Positions 9,312-18,789 of a stretch of DNA of 53,150 nucleotides are shown in pieces. How positions within the stretch are numbered: the first letter of the stretch is position 1; each line of letters opens with the position of its first letter. Both the position numbers and the translations under genes were made by a program. Origin of the DNA: Minisyncoccota bacterium (GTDB lineage: Bacteria; Patescibacteriota; Minisyncoccia; Phycocordibacterales; PALSA-1337); assembly GCA_041662725.1 (NCBI GenBank), contig JBAZRX010000007.1, positions 1 through 53,150 of the forward strand, written 5' to 3'. Below the pieces are notes generated by a model. It searched no databases. It had not been told where the DNA came from and saw nothing but the letters and a program-made list of their open reading frames with translations.

Positions 9312-10223
9312 ATGAAACCATATTCCGAAAGAGTTCCTGATACACAATATCGTGACCTGTTAAAGAAAATACTAGAAAACGGAGTGAGAACCAATACTCA
9401 ACAAGAAGTAGATGCTATCACCTATATGGGCGCAGGCTCTATGCATTTCAAAATGTCAAATGGTTTTCCGATGATTACCGAGAGAAATATGAATCCGAAA
9501 GTTTCTGAAATGCTCAAGGTAACCGTCTGGCAACAAGCTATCGGTGAAATTCTTGCTTTTGCCAATGGTGCAAGAACATTGAAAGCTCTTGAGGAATTTG
9601 GTTGTTTCTGGTGGGATCCATGGGGCACTGAAGCAAAATGTAAGAAACGAGGACTTGAAACTGGAGATTTAGGTCCAGGAAGTTACGGTGCCGCTTTCCA
9701 TGATTTCCCTACTTCCGAAGGCCCAGCTTACAATCAATTCAAAAATATTATTGAGCAAATAAAAGAATTCCCTCACTTGCGTACACATTTCATCACTCCA
9801 TGGATACCTCAATACACTATTCGTGGTACTGGCAAACAACAAAAAGTCGTTGTAGCACCTTGTCACGGCTGGATACATTTACGTGTTTTGGATAATAAAC
9901 TCACCTTACACATGATCCAACGTTCAGGAGATGTGCCGATAGGAGTACCGTCAAACATGGTTCAATACGCCGCATTACTCCTTGCTATTGCCCAAGTCAC
10001 AGGAACTGAGCCTTATGAATATATTCATACTATTTCTGACGCACATATTTATGTCGATCAAGTTCCAGCTGTAGAAGAAATGTTGAAACGTGAACCAAGA
10101 GCCTTCCCTACAATATCTATCAATCCTGATAAGAAAGATCTGTTTGAATTCCGTAAAGAAGATTTTACTCTTTCAGATTACAATCCTCATCCAGGAATCA
10201 AGGGTATACCTGTGGCTATATAA
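9312..10223 (+). CDS. thyA: Thymidylate synthase (divergent ThyA)
   Basis: APCHG catalytic Cys, QRSGD, GVPSN (Asn that specifies dUMP), DAHIY. Confidence 0.93.
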   Translation: MKPYSERVPDTQYRDLLKKILENGVRTNTQQEVDAITYMGAGSMHFKMSNGFPMITERNMNPKVSEMLKVTVWQQAIGEILAFANGARTLKALEEFGCFWWDPWGTEAKCKKRGLETGDLGPGSYGAAFHDFPTSEGPAYNQFKNIIEQIKEFPHLRTHFITPWIPQYTIRGTGKQQKVVVAPCHGWIHLRVLDNKLTLHMIQRSGDVPIGVPSNMVQYAALLLAIAQVTGTEPYEYIHTISDAHIYVDQVPAVEEMLKREPRAFPTISINPDKKDLFEFRKEDFTLSDYNPHPGIKGIPVAI

Positions 10224-10250
10224 TTCCAAATAATTCGAGAAAATACATTC

Positions 10251-10724
10251 ATGAGCAAATATATTATTACCGACAATGTTCGCCGAGAAGATCAAAAGAA
10301 AGTCATGGCTGAGATAGAAACTGCCAATCACTGTCCTTTCTGCACAGAAAATCTTTCCAAATATCACAAAAATCCTATTCTAAAAGAAGGTAAATTTTGG
10401 ATCTTGACTGACAATCAGTGGCCTTATGAGAAAATAAAACATCAGTTATTGGCTATTTACAAAACCCACATAGAACACATTTCTGAAATGGATCCAGATG
10501 CGGGTCGAGAGCTTATTGAGCTTTTCAAAGAAGAAGCTATGAAAAGAAACATTCCTGGCGGAGGTCTAGCTATGCGTTTTGGTAGTAATCCGGAACATGG
10601 TTCTTATGGTAATAGCGTACTTCATATTCACGCACATCTGATTGAACCTGATTTAGACGCTCTCAATCCTGATGAATCTTGGAAGTTTAAGTTTGGACAA
10701 CCAAAAAATTACAAAAAAGAGTAA
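10251..10724 (+). CDS. HIT-family nucleotide hydrolase
   Basis: CPFC zinc motif, NQWPY, LHIHAHLI triad. Confidence 0.8.
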   Translation: MSKYIITDNVRREDQKKVMAEIETANHCPFCTENLSKYHKNPILKEGKFWILTDNQWPYEKIKHQLLAIYKTHIEHISEMDPDAGRELIELFKEEAMKRNIPGGGLAMRFGSNPEHGSYGNSVLHIHAHLIEPDLDALNPDESWKFKFGQPKNYKKE

Positions 10725-10729
10725 ATGAA

Positions 10730-10757
10730 AAGCGTAGCATGATTAAGTGCTACGCTT
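10730..10757. terminator. Probable bidirectional terminator between the convergent HIT genes
   Basis: AAGCGTAGCA..TGCTACGCTT stem. Confidence 0.6.
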
Positions 10758-10805
10758 ATTGATTAAACTGGAAAGTAATTAAAGAAAGTTACGTTAGTGA
10801 TCTGA

Positions 10806-11417
10806 CTAACAACTTCCTTTCGGTGCAATCTTACCGTCGATAAGTATAAACTCCTCGGGCGATAAACCATTGAGCTTATCCTTACCAGCCTCCTCGTTTT
10901 CCAACATCTTTTTGAAAACAAGTAGTATTGGTAACTTCTTTTGAAGATCTTTTTCAGACTTCGCAATTGTAATCTCTACACGTTCCTTACCGGTCGGCAC
11001 GTGATGGTTGAAATGAAAATGTGGCATGCTCCGAGCATTTCTGGCCGGGTCACCAGAACGCATAACCGACACTGAACCGGTTATATTGAAATCACGGTCA
11101 ATCTTCTGAACTATGGCTAACAAATCACAAACTTCAGCAAATGTAAGTTCACTAAAACTCTGAACGTGCCTTCTGCACGGAATTACAAACTGATGTTCTT
11201 GACCAGCTTGTGGTGCAATAGTGTTCTCCATAACCACCCAGTGTTCAGTCTCAAAATGAACTGTATTGAATTTTAAATCAATGTTACAAAAACCACATCT
11301 TCCTACACGAAGATCCTGAACCTTCTTGTAGAAGTAATGATAGTTACTACAATTGAATAATTGCCAGATATCAGAAGGATTAACTCCTTCAACAGCAAAA
11401 CTCTCAAAGATACTCAA
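10806..11417 (-). CDS. HIT/GalT-like protein (variant triad)
   Basis: CGFC, HWVVMEN..P, HVQSFSELT, MPHFHFNHH. Confidence 0.65.
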   Translation of the reverse strand: MSIFESFAVEGVNPSDIWQLFNCSNYHYFYKKVQDLRVGRCGFCNIDLKFNTVHFETEHWVVMENTIAPQAGQEHQFVIPCRRHVQSFSELTFAEVCDLLAIVQKIDRDFNITGSVSVMRSGDPARNARSMPHFHFNHHVPTGKERVEITIAKSEKDLQKKLPILLVFKKMLENEEAGKDKLNGLSPEEFILIDGKIAPKGSC

Positions 11418-11522
11418 TTAAAAGCCTTTCTCTTTTTATCACTTGATTGTGATAATCTAAGCATCACCTTAATCAATAGAACATCCAATGTCAATGTATT
11501 GTGTATGTCTACAACATATTAC

Positions 11523-12389
11523 CTACTCCGTCTTCACAAACACAATCTCCACCCCCCTACTCTTTAGAATCCTCTCACCATCAAGCACACCATAGCCATC
11601 GGCATAATATATTTTTTTAATACCGGAATAGGCAATCATTTTGGCGCATGGCGGACAAGGAAAAGTAGTAGCATACATTTCTGCACCTTCGAGAGATATC
11701 CCCATCCTAGCCGCATCTGCGATCAAACCAGCTTCAGCGTGTAAAACAGTAGATAATTCAATATTCACTCCTTTATGAAAATCACTGCGTGGATCACCTT
11801 CCACGTAAGGTAGTAACTCCGAAGGAACAGCGTGATTGTGCCTAATGAGAATCATTTTTCCATCTTTCACGATAGCCGCGCCAATACGTCTCCAAAAATC
11901 TGAACTTTTCTCTGCTTCTTTTTTCAGAAGTGTAATAATTTTCTTATCGGAATCTTTTATTGAAATAGTCTGATCAGCTTCAACCGGTCTACTTTCCATA
12001 GATTTATGTTTATCCCAACGCAAAAAAATTGAATCAAAAACAACTTTACTTTTAGGTAAATATTTTTCTTGAAGTTCATGCATCACATCTTCATCAGGCA
12101 TGATAATGCTTATATCAGGCTCAGTAAGCTTCTTCCAATCTTCTACAGAATTCAAAATCTCAACACTTTCAAATCTTTTCCAAGCAGTCAGAGAATTTCT
12201 AATAAGTTCTGCTGGCAAAGCACGAATATCTTTAGCCAATGGTACAAATGATTGTGCAATTTCATTTCCAAGTAAAAAAAGTTTAACCGCATCAACATGC
12301 TTTTCAAAAAGTCTATGATAACCTTCATGCAAAACAGGAATATAAGCAATAATAATTTTCGTCTTTGCTTTAGTATGCTTTTTTTTCAT
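11523..12389 (-). CDS. dCMP/cytidine deaminase-family protein with an N-terminal nucleotidyltransferase-like domain
   Basis: C-terminal HAEAGL and FPCPPCAKMI zinc motifs; N-terminal AYIPVLHEGY resembles a degenerate HxGH fold. Confidence 0.85.
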   Translation of the reverse strand: MKKKHTKAKTKIIIAYIPVLHEGYHRLFEKHVDAVKLFLLGNEIAQSFVPLAKDIRALPAELIRNSLTAWKRFESVEILNSVEDWKKLTEPDISIIMPDEDVMHELQEKYLPKSKVVFDSIFLRWDKHKSMESRPVEADQTISIKDSDKKIITLLKKEAEKSSDFWRRIGAAIVKDGKMILIRHNHAVPSELLPYVEGDPRSDFHKGVNIELSTVLHAEAGLIADAARMGISLEGAEMYATTFPCPPCAKMIAYSGIKKIYYADGYGVLDGERILKSRGVEIVFVKTE

Positions 12390-12426
12390 ATAAAATCGTA
12401 ATCAGGCGCCACGAATTATTGTCAGA

Positions 12427-13053
12427 TTATTTACTACGCTTCTCTTTCGTTTGGCCCAAAGCCGCGCTGATCATATCAGCTAATTTTGGCACGATAGCTT
12501 TTTCAAAACGCTTAGCCAACTTGAGTTGAAGCAAGCGAATCTTGGCACTGGTTGAAGTTGTAGCCATTGGAGCCAAATTGATAACTTTTCCACAATATGA
12601 ACTCATTTCGGCTATTTCTTTCTTTGAATATTTCTCCAATGTTTCTTTGGTAACAATCAAAACATCCGGTCTAACAGTCTTTATAAGATGCCAACGTGGC
12701 ATATCTTTCTCTTTCAAAGTTACAATATCAACAGACCTCAAATGAGTAACCATTTCTAGACGTTCTTCTTGTGGCACAATAGGACGATCTGGTCCTTTTC
12801 TAGCACGAACTTTCTTGTCACTATCAACTCCAACAATCAATAGATCGCCGTGTTTTTTTGCTTCCTCAAAATAACGTCCATGGCCAATATGAACCATGTC
12901 ATAAGTACCTTGAGTAAGGACAACTTTTAATCCTAAACCTTTGCAATGATTAACAAGCTTATTTAGACGATCATAATTCGGCACAAAACGATCTTTAAAA
13001 TTCGAACCTAGCGCAAATATTCCTTCATTCGTGATAAATCCTTTAGTGGTCAT
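12427..13053 (-). CDS. HxGH cytidylyl/adenylyltransferase (RfaE-II/GCT-like)
   Basis: GTYDMVHIGH, LIVGVDSD, KGPDRPIVPQEERLE, STSAKI. Confidence 0.88.
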   Translation of the reverse strand: MTTKGFITNEGIFALGSNFKDRFVPNYDRLNKLVNHCKGLGLKVVLTQGTYDMVHIGHGRYFEEAKKHGDLLIVGVDSDKKVRARKGPDRPIVPQEERLEMVTHLRSVDIVTLKEKDMPRWHLIKTVRPDVLIVTKETLEKYSKKEIAEMSSYCGKVINLAPMATTSTSAKIRLLQLKLAKRFEKAIVPKLADMISAALGQTKEKRSK

Positions 13054-13136
13054 GTTGTTTTTTATTTATTAGTATATGAAGTATAATCCTAGTATAGGAA
13101 ATTGCATAGGTGACAAATAATAATTTTTAATATCTT

Positions 13137-13637
13137 ATGAAAACATTCATCATTGCCGCTTTGACCGCCGACGGCTATATCGGTAAACATTCTACCCACG
13201 CCGCTATGTGGACTAGTAAGGAAGACAAGAAACGCTTCATAGAGATCACCAAACGTGCGGGTGTGATCATTATGGGCCAGAACACTTGGAAAACCCTTGG
13301 TAAGCCTCTCAAGGACCGTCTGAATATCGTCTATTCCCCTACTCCTCTAGAAGGTATAACTGAAGGTGTTGAAGTTACCATAAAGAGTCCCACTGATTTA
13401 CTTAAAGATTTAGAAAACCGTGGTTTCAAAGAAGTTGCCATTTGTGGTGGTTCACAAATCTATACTATGTTTATGAAGTCAGGACTTGTTGATACACTTT
13501 ATTTAACTATTGAACCAATAGTTTTTGGTGACGGTATGAGATTGTTTAAAGAGGATATGGATTTTAAATTGAAACTTATAAGCTGTGTGCAAACCGAAAA
13601 TGGTTCACTGCTATTGGAATACAAGGTTGAAAAGTGA
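13137..13637 (+). CDS. folA: Dihydrofolate reductase
   Basis: IIAALTADGYIG, IMGQNTW, PLKDRLNIV, ICGGSQIY. Confidence 0.93.
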   Translation: MKTFIIAALTADGYIGKHSTHAAMWTSKEDKKRFIEITKRAGVIIMGQNTWKTLGKPLKDRLNIVYSPTPLEGITEGVEVTIKSPTDLLKDLENRGFKEVAICGGSQIYTMFMKSGLVDTLYLTIEPIVFGDGMRLFKEDMDFKLKLISCVQTENGSLLLEYKVEK

Positions 13638-13750
13638 AGAAATTTAATACTTCGTGGCTCTACCACATGAAAGGATCCAGGGCTTGCCTCATTGCTATTA
13701 AACGTATACCTATGGTAAGAATAATGTAAATAGCACACTGAAAGGAGAAA

Positions 13751-14359
13751 ATGAAAGTAAAATATTTCGTTATTCCTGGTGGTTCGCCACCTTTTCGTGG
13801 TAGTGCGAATGCAACAGGTTATGATGTTCATGTAAGAGCCGTCGTTTCAACAGAATTTGATCCTACCGAGATTTACAAACGTAAAATAATATACGATTTA
13901 CGTTCAGAACCAAATAATGAGGAAATTAAAAAACTTGTTATATTTCAAGATGGTCAGTACAAATACCTTCTTCAACCTGGAGAATCTGTAAATATTGGTC
14001 TTGGTCTTGTTTTTGGTATGAAACCAGGTTGTTCAGCTGTAATAATGAGGCGAAGTTCAACTGGATTAGCCGATATTGCTTTTGCTGATTTGTTTTCGAA
14101 TGAGCCCGAAACTCCAAAAACAATTATAGAGATGCTAGGAGGTATTCCTATTGATTCAGATTTCCGAGGTGAACCAATTTCACGACTTCATAATTTAGGA
14201 AAAGTATTTTATCCTATCTGGCACGGAAAACGGATAGTACAAATTGTTTTCTTAAACAAAAAAGGTATCTTTCATCCAAGGTTTGAAAGAGTTGAAAAAA
14301 TCAGTGATCTAGGTTTTACTAAAAGAAAAAACCATTGCCATGGATCGACGGGACTTTAA
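13751..14359 (+). CDS. dut: Trimeric dUTPase (divergent, with insertions)
   Basis: Motifs ATGYD, RSS, IDSDFRGE, RIVQ and C-terminal HGSTG. Confidence 0.8.
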   Translation: MKVKYFVIPGGSPPFRGSANATGYDVHVRAVVSTEFDPTEIYKRKIIYDLRSEPNNEEIKKLVIFQDGQYKYLLQPGESVNIGLGLVFGMKPGCSAVIMRRSSTGLADIAFADLFSNEPETPKTIIEMLGGIPIDSDFRGEPISRLHNLGKVFYPIWHGKRIVQIVFLNKKGIFHPRFERVEKISDLGFTKRKNHCHGSTGL

Positions 14360-14440
14360 TCAACAACCACAGGAGTTTATCCTCCACAAATTTGTAAGCA
14401 TTCACAATTACATCGAAATTTACTTTGATTCCAACACCAA

Positions 14441-14468
14441 AAAGCGCAACGTTAAGTTGCGCCTTTTT
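14441..14468. terminator. Bidirectional terminator between dut and rplK
   Basis: AAAAAGCGCAAC-GTTAA-GTTGCGCCTTTTT. Confidence 0.65.
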
Positions 14469-14523
14469 ACTAACCTAATTTACTAACCTAAAAGAAGTTT
14501 CTTCTAAAAATTTTAATTCCGCA

Positions 14524-14946
14524 TTACTTTACATCCACTCCCATAGACCTTGCTGAACCAGCAACAATCTTCATAGCCGCCTCAACTGTATTAGCATTCA
14601 AATCTGGCATCTTCTTTTCTGCAATTTCTTTTAACTGAGCCTTGGAAATAGTACCTACTTTGCTTAAATTAGGTTTACCTGAGCCTTTATCTTTTTTCAA
14701 AGCTTTTAGAATCAAACTTGAGGCTGGAGGAGTCTTTAGAACAAAAGTATATGAACGATCCTCGTAAACTGTGATAACCACAGGGATCATATCACCAATC
14801 TTGTCTTTCGTGGCATCATTAAACTTCTTGGTAAAATCTCCAATATTAACACCCGCTTGACCCAATGTTGGACCTAAAGGAGGAGCTGGAGTAGCTTTAC
14901 CTGCTGGAGCGAGAACTTTTACTTTTTTTATGATTTTCTTTGCCAT
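14524..14946 (-). CDS. rplK: 50S ribosomal protein L11
   Basis: [34 protein letters not shown]. Confidence 0.98.
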   Translation of the reverse strand: MAKKIIKKVKVLAPAGKATPAPPLGPTLGQAGVNIGDFTKKFNDATKDKIGDMIPVVITVYEDRSYTFVLKTPPASSLILKALKKDKGSGKPNLSKVGTISKAQLKEIAEKKMPDLNANTVEAAMKIVAGSARSMGVDVK

Positions 14947-15000
14947 AATTTTGTTTTGCTATCCTACTATAGATTAACCACTAAATCAAATAATTTACCC

Positions 15001-15088
15001 ATTCGTATATTCGTAGCTCATTCGCATAATTCGTAGATTCCTATATTCGTAGATTCGTAGCTCATTCGCATAATTCGTAGATTCGTAG
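15001..15088. repeat. Degenerate ATTCGTAG tandem repeat
   Basis: Many ATTCGTA(G/T) units; exact 32-bp direct repeat at 15009-15040 and 15053-15084. Confidence 0.85.
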
Positions 15089-15634
15089 TTAAACTTTCTT
15101 AACCTGCAAGAAATCTAGCTCTACCGGCGTCTCTCTACCAAACATAGAAACTAAAACTTTAACCTTGCCTCTCTGCGTATCTACCTCCGCAACCTTACCT
15201 TCAAAATCCTTGAATGGACCATCTGCAACTTTTATTAAATCACCGATACTTAAATCAATAGAATGTTGTTTGTCTGAATTGTTCATACGAGCAAATAAAG
15301 ACTCAACTTCCTTAGGATCCAATGGTACTGGAGATACACCTGCACCAACGAAACCTGTAACTCTAGGAGTATTTCGGACGACATACCAAGAATCATCAGT
15401 AACAATCATATCTACCAATACATAACCTGGGTATATCTTTTCATCTTCTTCAACACGTTTATTAGCTTTAATTTTGATCTTTTTCTCTGTAGGAACAATA
15501 ACAGCAAAAATCTTATCTTCCATACCAAGAGATTCTATGCGCTGTTTCAAATTACGTGCAACCGCATTTTCATAGCCCGCGTATGTATGTATCGCGTACC
15601 AAGCACGTTCACCAGTTGTATGTTGTTTGGTCAT
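15089..15634 (-). CDS. nusG: Transcription termination/antitermination factor NusG
   Basis: WYAIHTYAGYE, YPGYVLV, VRNTPRVTGFVG, KOW motif GPFKDFEG, FGRETPVEL. Confidence 0.98.
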   Translation of the reverse strand: MTKQHTTGERAWYAIHTYAGYENAVARNLKQRIESLGMEDKIFAVIVPTEKKIKIKANKRVEEDEKIYPGYVLVDMIVTDDSWYVVRNTPRVTGFVGAGVSPVPLDPKEVESLFARMNNSDKQHSIDLSIGDLIKVADGPFKDFEGKVAEVDTQRGKVKVLVSMFGRETPVELDFLQVKKV

Positions 15635-15730
15635 AATGGTTAATTTAAAACTTAGAACTCAAAACTTAATCACATTATTTAAAATTTTTAATCTTTTAAT
15701 TAACAATAAACTTTGTGTTTAAATTTTGCG

Positions 15731-15907
15731 TTAGAACAAAAGGGTGAGCAGCTTAGAAAAGACAAAATCTGACACTCCGAGCAAAATCGCTGTTGCTAAT
15801 GAAACCGCGATAACAAGTGCTGTAAATCTAATAGTTTCAGCACGTGTTGGCCAGTTAACATGATTCATTTCTGCTTGTGTTTCCTTGATATATTGACTTA
15901 AAGACAT
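15731..15907 (-). CDS. secE: Preprotein translocase SecE
   Basis: Manual translation MSLSQYIKETQAEMNHVNWPTRAETIRFTALVIAV...; conserved position upstream of nusG. Confidence 0.93.
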   Translation of the reverse strand: MSLSQYIKETQAEMNHVNWPTRAETIRFTALVIAVSLATAILLGVSDFVFSKLLTLLF

Positions 15908-15994
15908 GTTTTTGTATTAAAAAACCCCTCAGGGGATTTATGTAAATATAGTATACCTACGAGAATATAAAGTCAATAAGCAAGATAAAAAAAT

Positions 15995-16077
15995 AATGAT
16001 CAATGTTCCGCCATTAATAACCAATAATCAAGTCTCGATTACGAGACTTGATTATTGGTTATTGATCATTGATCATT
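15995..16077. repeat. Long inverted repeat
   Basis: 22-bp perfect stem 16016-16037/16042-16063 (ATTA loop) plus an outer 11-bp pair AATGATCAATG/CATTGATCATT. Confidence 0.85.
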
Positions 16078-16083
16078 CTCTAC

Positions 16084-16869
16084 TTACTCTATCTCATAAG
16101 TAATAGACACGTTGGAAGTAATCTTCTGCTCTCCTGCTGGAATTGATGGTGGTGTAACAACCGCATCTAAAGCCATTGCTCTCGCCTCTCCTAAACCATA
16201 TTTCATCATCGTAGGCTGATTGTTAGACTCATAGAAACTGGATATACGTACCAAAGAGACTCCGAGTTCCTTTGCTAATTTATCTGCTTTTTCTTGTGCG
16301 TCAGCAATAGCTTCCGAACGAGCTTCTGCTTGTACACTTTCTGGTTTATCTACAGAAAACGAAAGTCCGTTCACATTCTGTACATTAAGAGATCCGATAG
16401 TTGTGAATAATGCTCCAGCTTTACTTAAATCACGCACTTTTACTTGGATACTTTGGCTAACTTCATAGCCAGTTAATATAGATTTTGAAGGAGGACAGCT
16501 ATACGTGGTACAAACGCTATTCTGATATTCATAATGTGGATTTATAGAATACGAAGTGGTTTGAATATCTTTATCTGCAACACCGCCATCTTTAATAGCT
16601 TTCAATACAGCATTCGTTTTAGTTGTAGCTTGCGTTTGTGCATCAGCTACAGTTTTAGCTGTTTCAGTTACAGAAAATGAAAAAGTAGCGATATCTGGTA
16701 TAGCGACAGCGTCACCTGTACCATTCACTGTAATACTATTAACCGCATTCGGATTGGCACCTATATAGCCAATAGATTTTAGCTCTTTAATTGAAATAAT
16801 AACAAAGAAAATTATAAGAATTGATAGTAAATACTTCGTTACCTGCCAAATTTTTTCTGGTATATTCAT
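16084..16869 (-). CDS. SIMPL (DUF541)-family exported protein
   Basis: N-terminal TM; ITVNGTG..AIPDIA, GYEVSQSIQVKVRD, EAIADAQEKA, VSITYEI. Confidence 0.88.
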   Translation of the reverse strand: MNIPEKIWQVTKYLLSILIIFFVIISIKELKSIGYIGANPNAVNSITVNGTGDAVAIPDIATFSFSVTETAKTVADAQTQATTKTNAVLKAIKDGGVADKDIQTTSYSINPHYEYQNSVCTTYSCPPSKSILTGYEVSQSIQVKVRDLSKAGALFTTIGSLNVQNVNGLSFSVDKPESVQAEARSEAIADAQEKADKLAKELGVSLVRISSFYESNNQPTMMKYGLGEARAMALDAVVTPPSIPAGEQKITSNVSITYEIE

Positions 16870-16942
16870 GGTTTTTATTTTAATTTTTAATTATTGATAT
16901 ACTCACATATTACAGTACAGAACTTAGGTAGACAAATCGGCT

Positions 16943-16978
16943 ATATGGAGGGCTACCCTTAAGGGCTACCCTCCATAT
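16943..16978. repeat. Hairpin repeat overlapping the folD 3' end
   Basis: ATATGGAGGGCTACCCTTAAGGGCTACCCTCCATAT. Confidence 0.9.
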
Positions 16979-17835
16979 TCGCACCAATCCACCAAATTCT
17001 CAAAAAGAGATATCACTGTCATTGGTCCTACCCCGCCAGGAACTGGTGTAATCGCTGAAACAATATCTTTTACAGATTCAAAATCAACATCGCCAACGAG
17101 TTTTTTCCCTTGGATTTCATCATCTAACTTTTCTCCGATTACAGTATTTATACCAACATCAACAATTACCTGCCCTTCTCTCACGTGTTTAGCATTAATA
17201 AGTCCAATCTTACCAACAGCAACAATAATAACATCAGCTTCTTTTGTCTCTTTAGCAAGATCAGTAGTTTTGCTATGACAAACTGAAACCTCAGCACCTT
17301 CGTTTAAGCACATCGCAGCTATTGGTTTACCAACAAGCGCGGAACGTCCGACTACGACAACTTTCTTACCTTTTAGACTGATATTATATTTTTTAAGCAA
17401 TGTCCGAACACCACGAGCTGTGGCTGGCATAATAGAGCCTTCTTTACCTTCAGACCATTTTTTTACATTCACAGCAGTAAGAGCATCCACATCTTTTTTT
17501 GGATCAATAGCATTTATAACAACGTCGCGATCAAGGTTAGCTGGTAATGGTAACTGCACAACAATACCTTTGATCACATCGTCATTATTACAATCCTCCA
17601 CAGCTTTAATAACGTCATCTATTGAAACTGTTTCAGCCAATTCAATGTGCTTAACATCAACTCCGATTTTGACTGCAAAGTTTTTCTTGGCACGGATAAA
17701 AGAATTGGAATCATCACGATTACCAACTTGGATAATAGCTAGAATTGGCTTGATAGAAAGCTTCTCCACCCTCTCTTTCAAGGCTGGAATGATAGAATCT
17801 CGAGTTTTACGGCCATCTAAAATGATTGCTGACAT
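16966..17835 (-). CDS. folD: Methylene-THF dehydrogenase/cyclohydrolase
   Basis: GIVVQLPLP, KDVD, PATARGV, VVGRSALVGKP, ITPVPGGVGPMT; probable start MSAIILDG. Confidence 0.96.
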   Translation of the reverse strand: MSAIILDGRKTRDSIIPALKERVEKLSIKPILAIIQVGNRDDSNSFIRAKKNFAVKIGVDVKHIELAETVSIDDVIKAVEDCNNDDVIKGIVVQLPLPANLDRDVVINAIDPKKDVDALTAVNVKKWSEGKEGSIMPATARGVRTLLKKYNISLKGKKVVVVGRSALVGKPIAAMCLNEGAEVSVCHSKTTDLAKETKEADVIIVAVGKIGLINAKHVREGQVIVDVGINTVIGEKLDDEIQGKKLVGDVDFESVKDIVSAITPVPGGVGPMTVISLFENLVDWCEYGG

Positions 17836-17865
17836 AATGAAAAAGCATAGCATATTTTGGAAGTA

Positions 17866-17899
17866 ATGGAGGGCTACCCTTAAGGGCTACCCTCCATAT
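17866..17899. repeat. Hairpin repeat overlapping the methyltransferase 3' end
   Basis: ATGGAGGGCTACCCTTAAGGGCTACCCTCCATAT, identical to the copy at 16945-16978. Confidence 0.9.
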
Positions 17900-18789
17900 T
17901 CCCATCTCGCATATATTCCACAAGGCAATACTCTTCCTTCCCCTTGCTTCGTCGCTCCATTTCCTCCTTCCTGTATTGCCAGCTCTCCTATCTCAATTTT
18001 CCCACCAAATTTCTCTACCAATGGTAAAAGGATATTCTCATAAGCAATCGCTGAATAGCCAGCCGAATAACCATTAATCAAAAAGAATTGCGGTTTGTCC
18101 TTCAGAATCTTGAAGCAATCATCTACTAGTTGTAAAAAGTGCTCTTCAATCTTCCAAAGTTCATTCTCTGGACCATGACCAAATGCTGGAGGATCCATGA
18201 TAATACCGTCATATTTACGTTCACGTTTTATTTCACGACCAACAAACGTGCGAGCATCATCCAAAATCCAACGTACTGGTTTATCAGCAATACCTGAAAG
18301 CTCTGCATTTTCACGCGCCCAAGCGATAGCAGACTTAGAACCGTCAACATGTACAACCTTTGCTCCAGCTTGTGCACAAGCAAGTGTTGCTCCACCTGTA
18401 TAACCGAACAAATTAAGAACCTCTGTGTCTTCTGCATTTCTTAATTTAATTTGTTTCTTCAACCATTCCCAATTCAGAGATTGTTCTGGAAATAATCCTA
18501 CGTGTTTAAATGCTGTTGGCTTTATATAAAATTTCAATCCGCCAAAATCAACAGACCAACGATCTGTTATTGTAGATTTCAAAAACCAATCACCACGACT
18601 ATCAGAGCGAATGAAACTACCATCAGCTTTCTTCCACTCTGCTAACGGTAATCTTTTGTGCCATAAAGCTTGAGGATCTGGTCTTGATAAAATAAATTTA
18701 CCAAAACGTTCAAGCTTCTCACTTTCACCACTATCAAGAAGTTCGTAATCAGATACAGATTCAGTTATTAGAATATTAGAAGTCTTCAT
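17887..18789 (-). CDS. Class I SAM methyltransferase (RlmI/RlmK-like)
   Basis: YELLDSG..EKLERFG, HVGLFPEQ, VLNLFGYTGG, IIMDPPAFG; start overlaps the VKOR stop (TAATG). Confidence 0.85.
   Translation of the reverse strand: MKTSNILITESVSDYELLDSGESEKLERFGKFILSRPDPQALWHKRLPLAEWKKADGSFIRSDSRGDWFLKSTITDRWSVDFGGLKFYIKPTAFKHVGLFPEQSLNWEWLKKQIKLRNAEDTEVLNLFGYTGGATLACAQAGAKVVHVDGSKSAIAWARENAELSGIADKPVRWILDDARTFVGREIKRERKYDGIIMDPPAFGHGPENELWKIEEHFLQLVDDCFKILKDKPQFFLINGYSAGYSAIAYENILLPLVEKFGGKIEIGELAIQEGGNGATKQGEGRVLPCGIYARWEYGG

Noticed and set aside
11523-12389. Anti-phage dCTP deaminase
   Set aside because: Lacks a kinase-like partner domain and sits in a thymidylate housekeeping context
15001-15088. 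CRISPR array (also considered for 29042-29120)
   Set aside because: Units are short and degenerate, with no unique spacers and no cas genes
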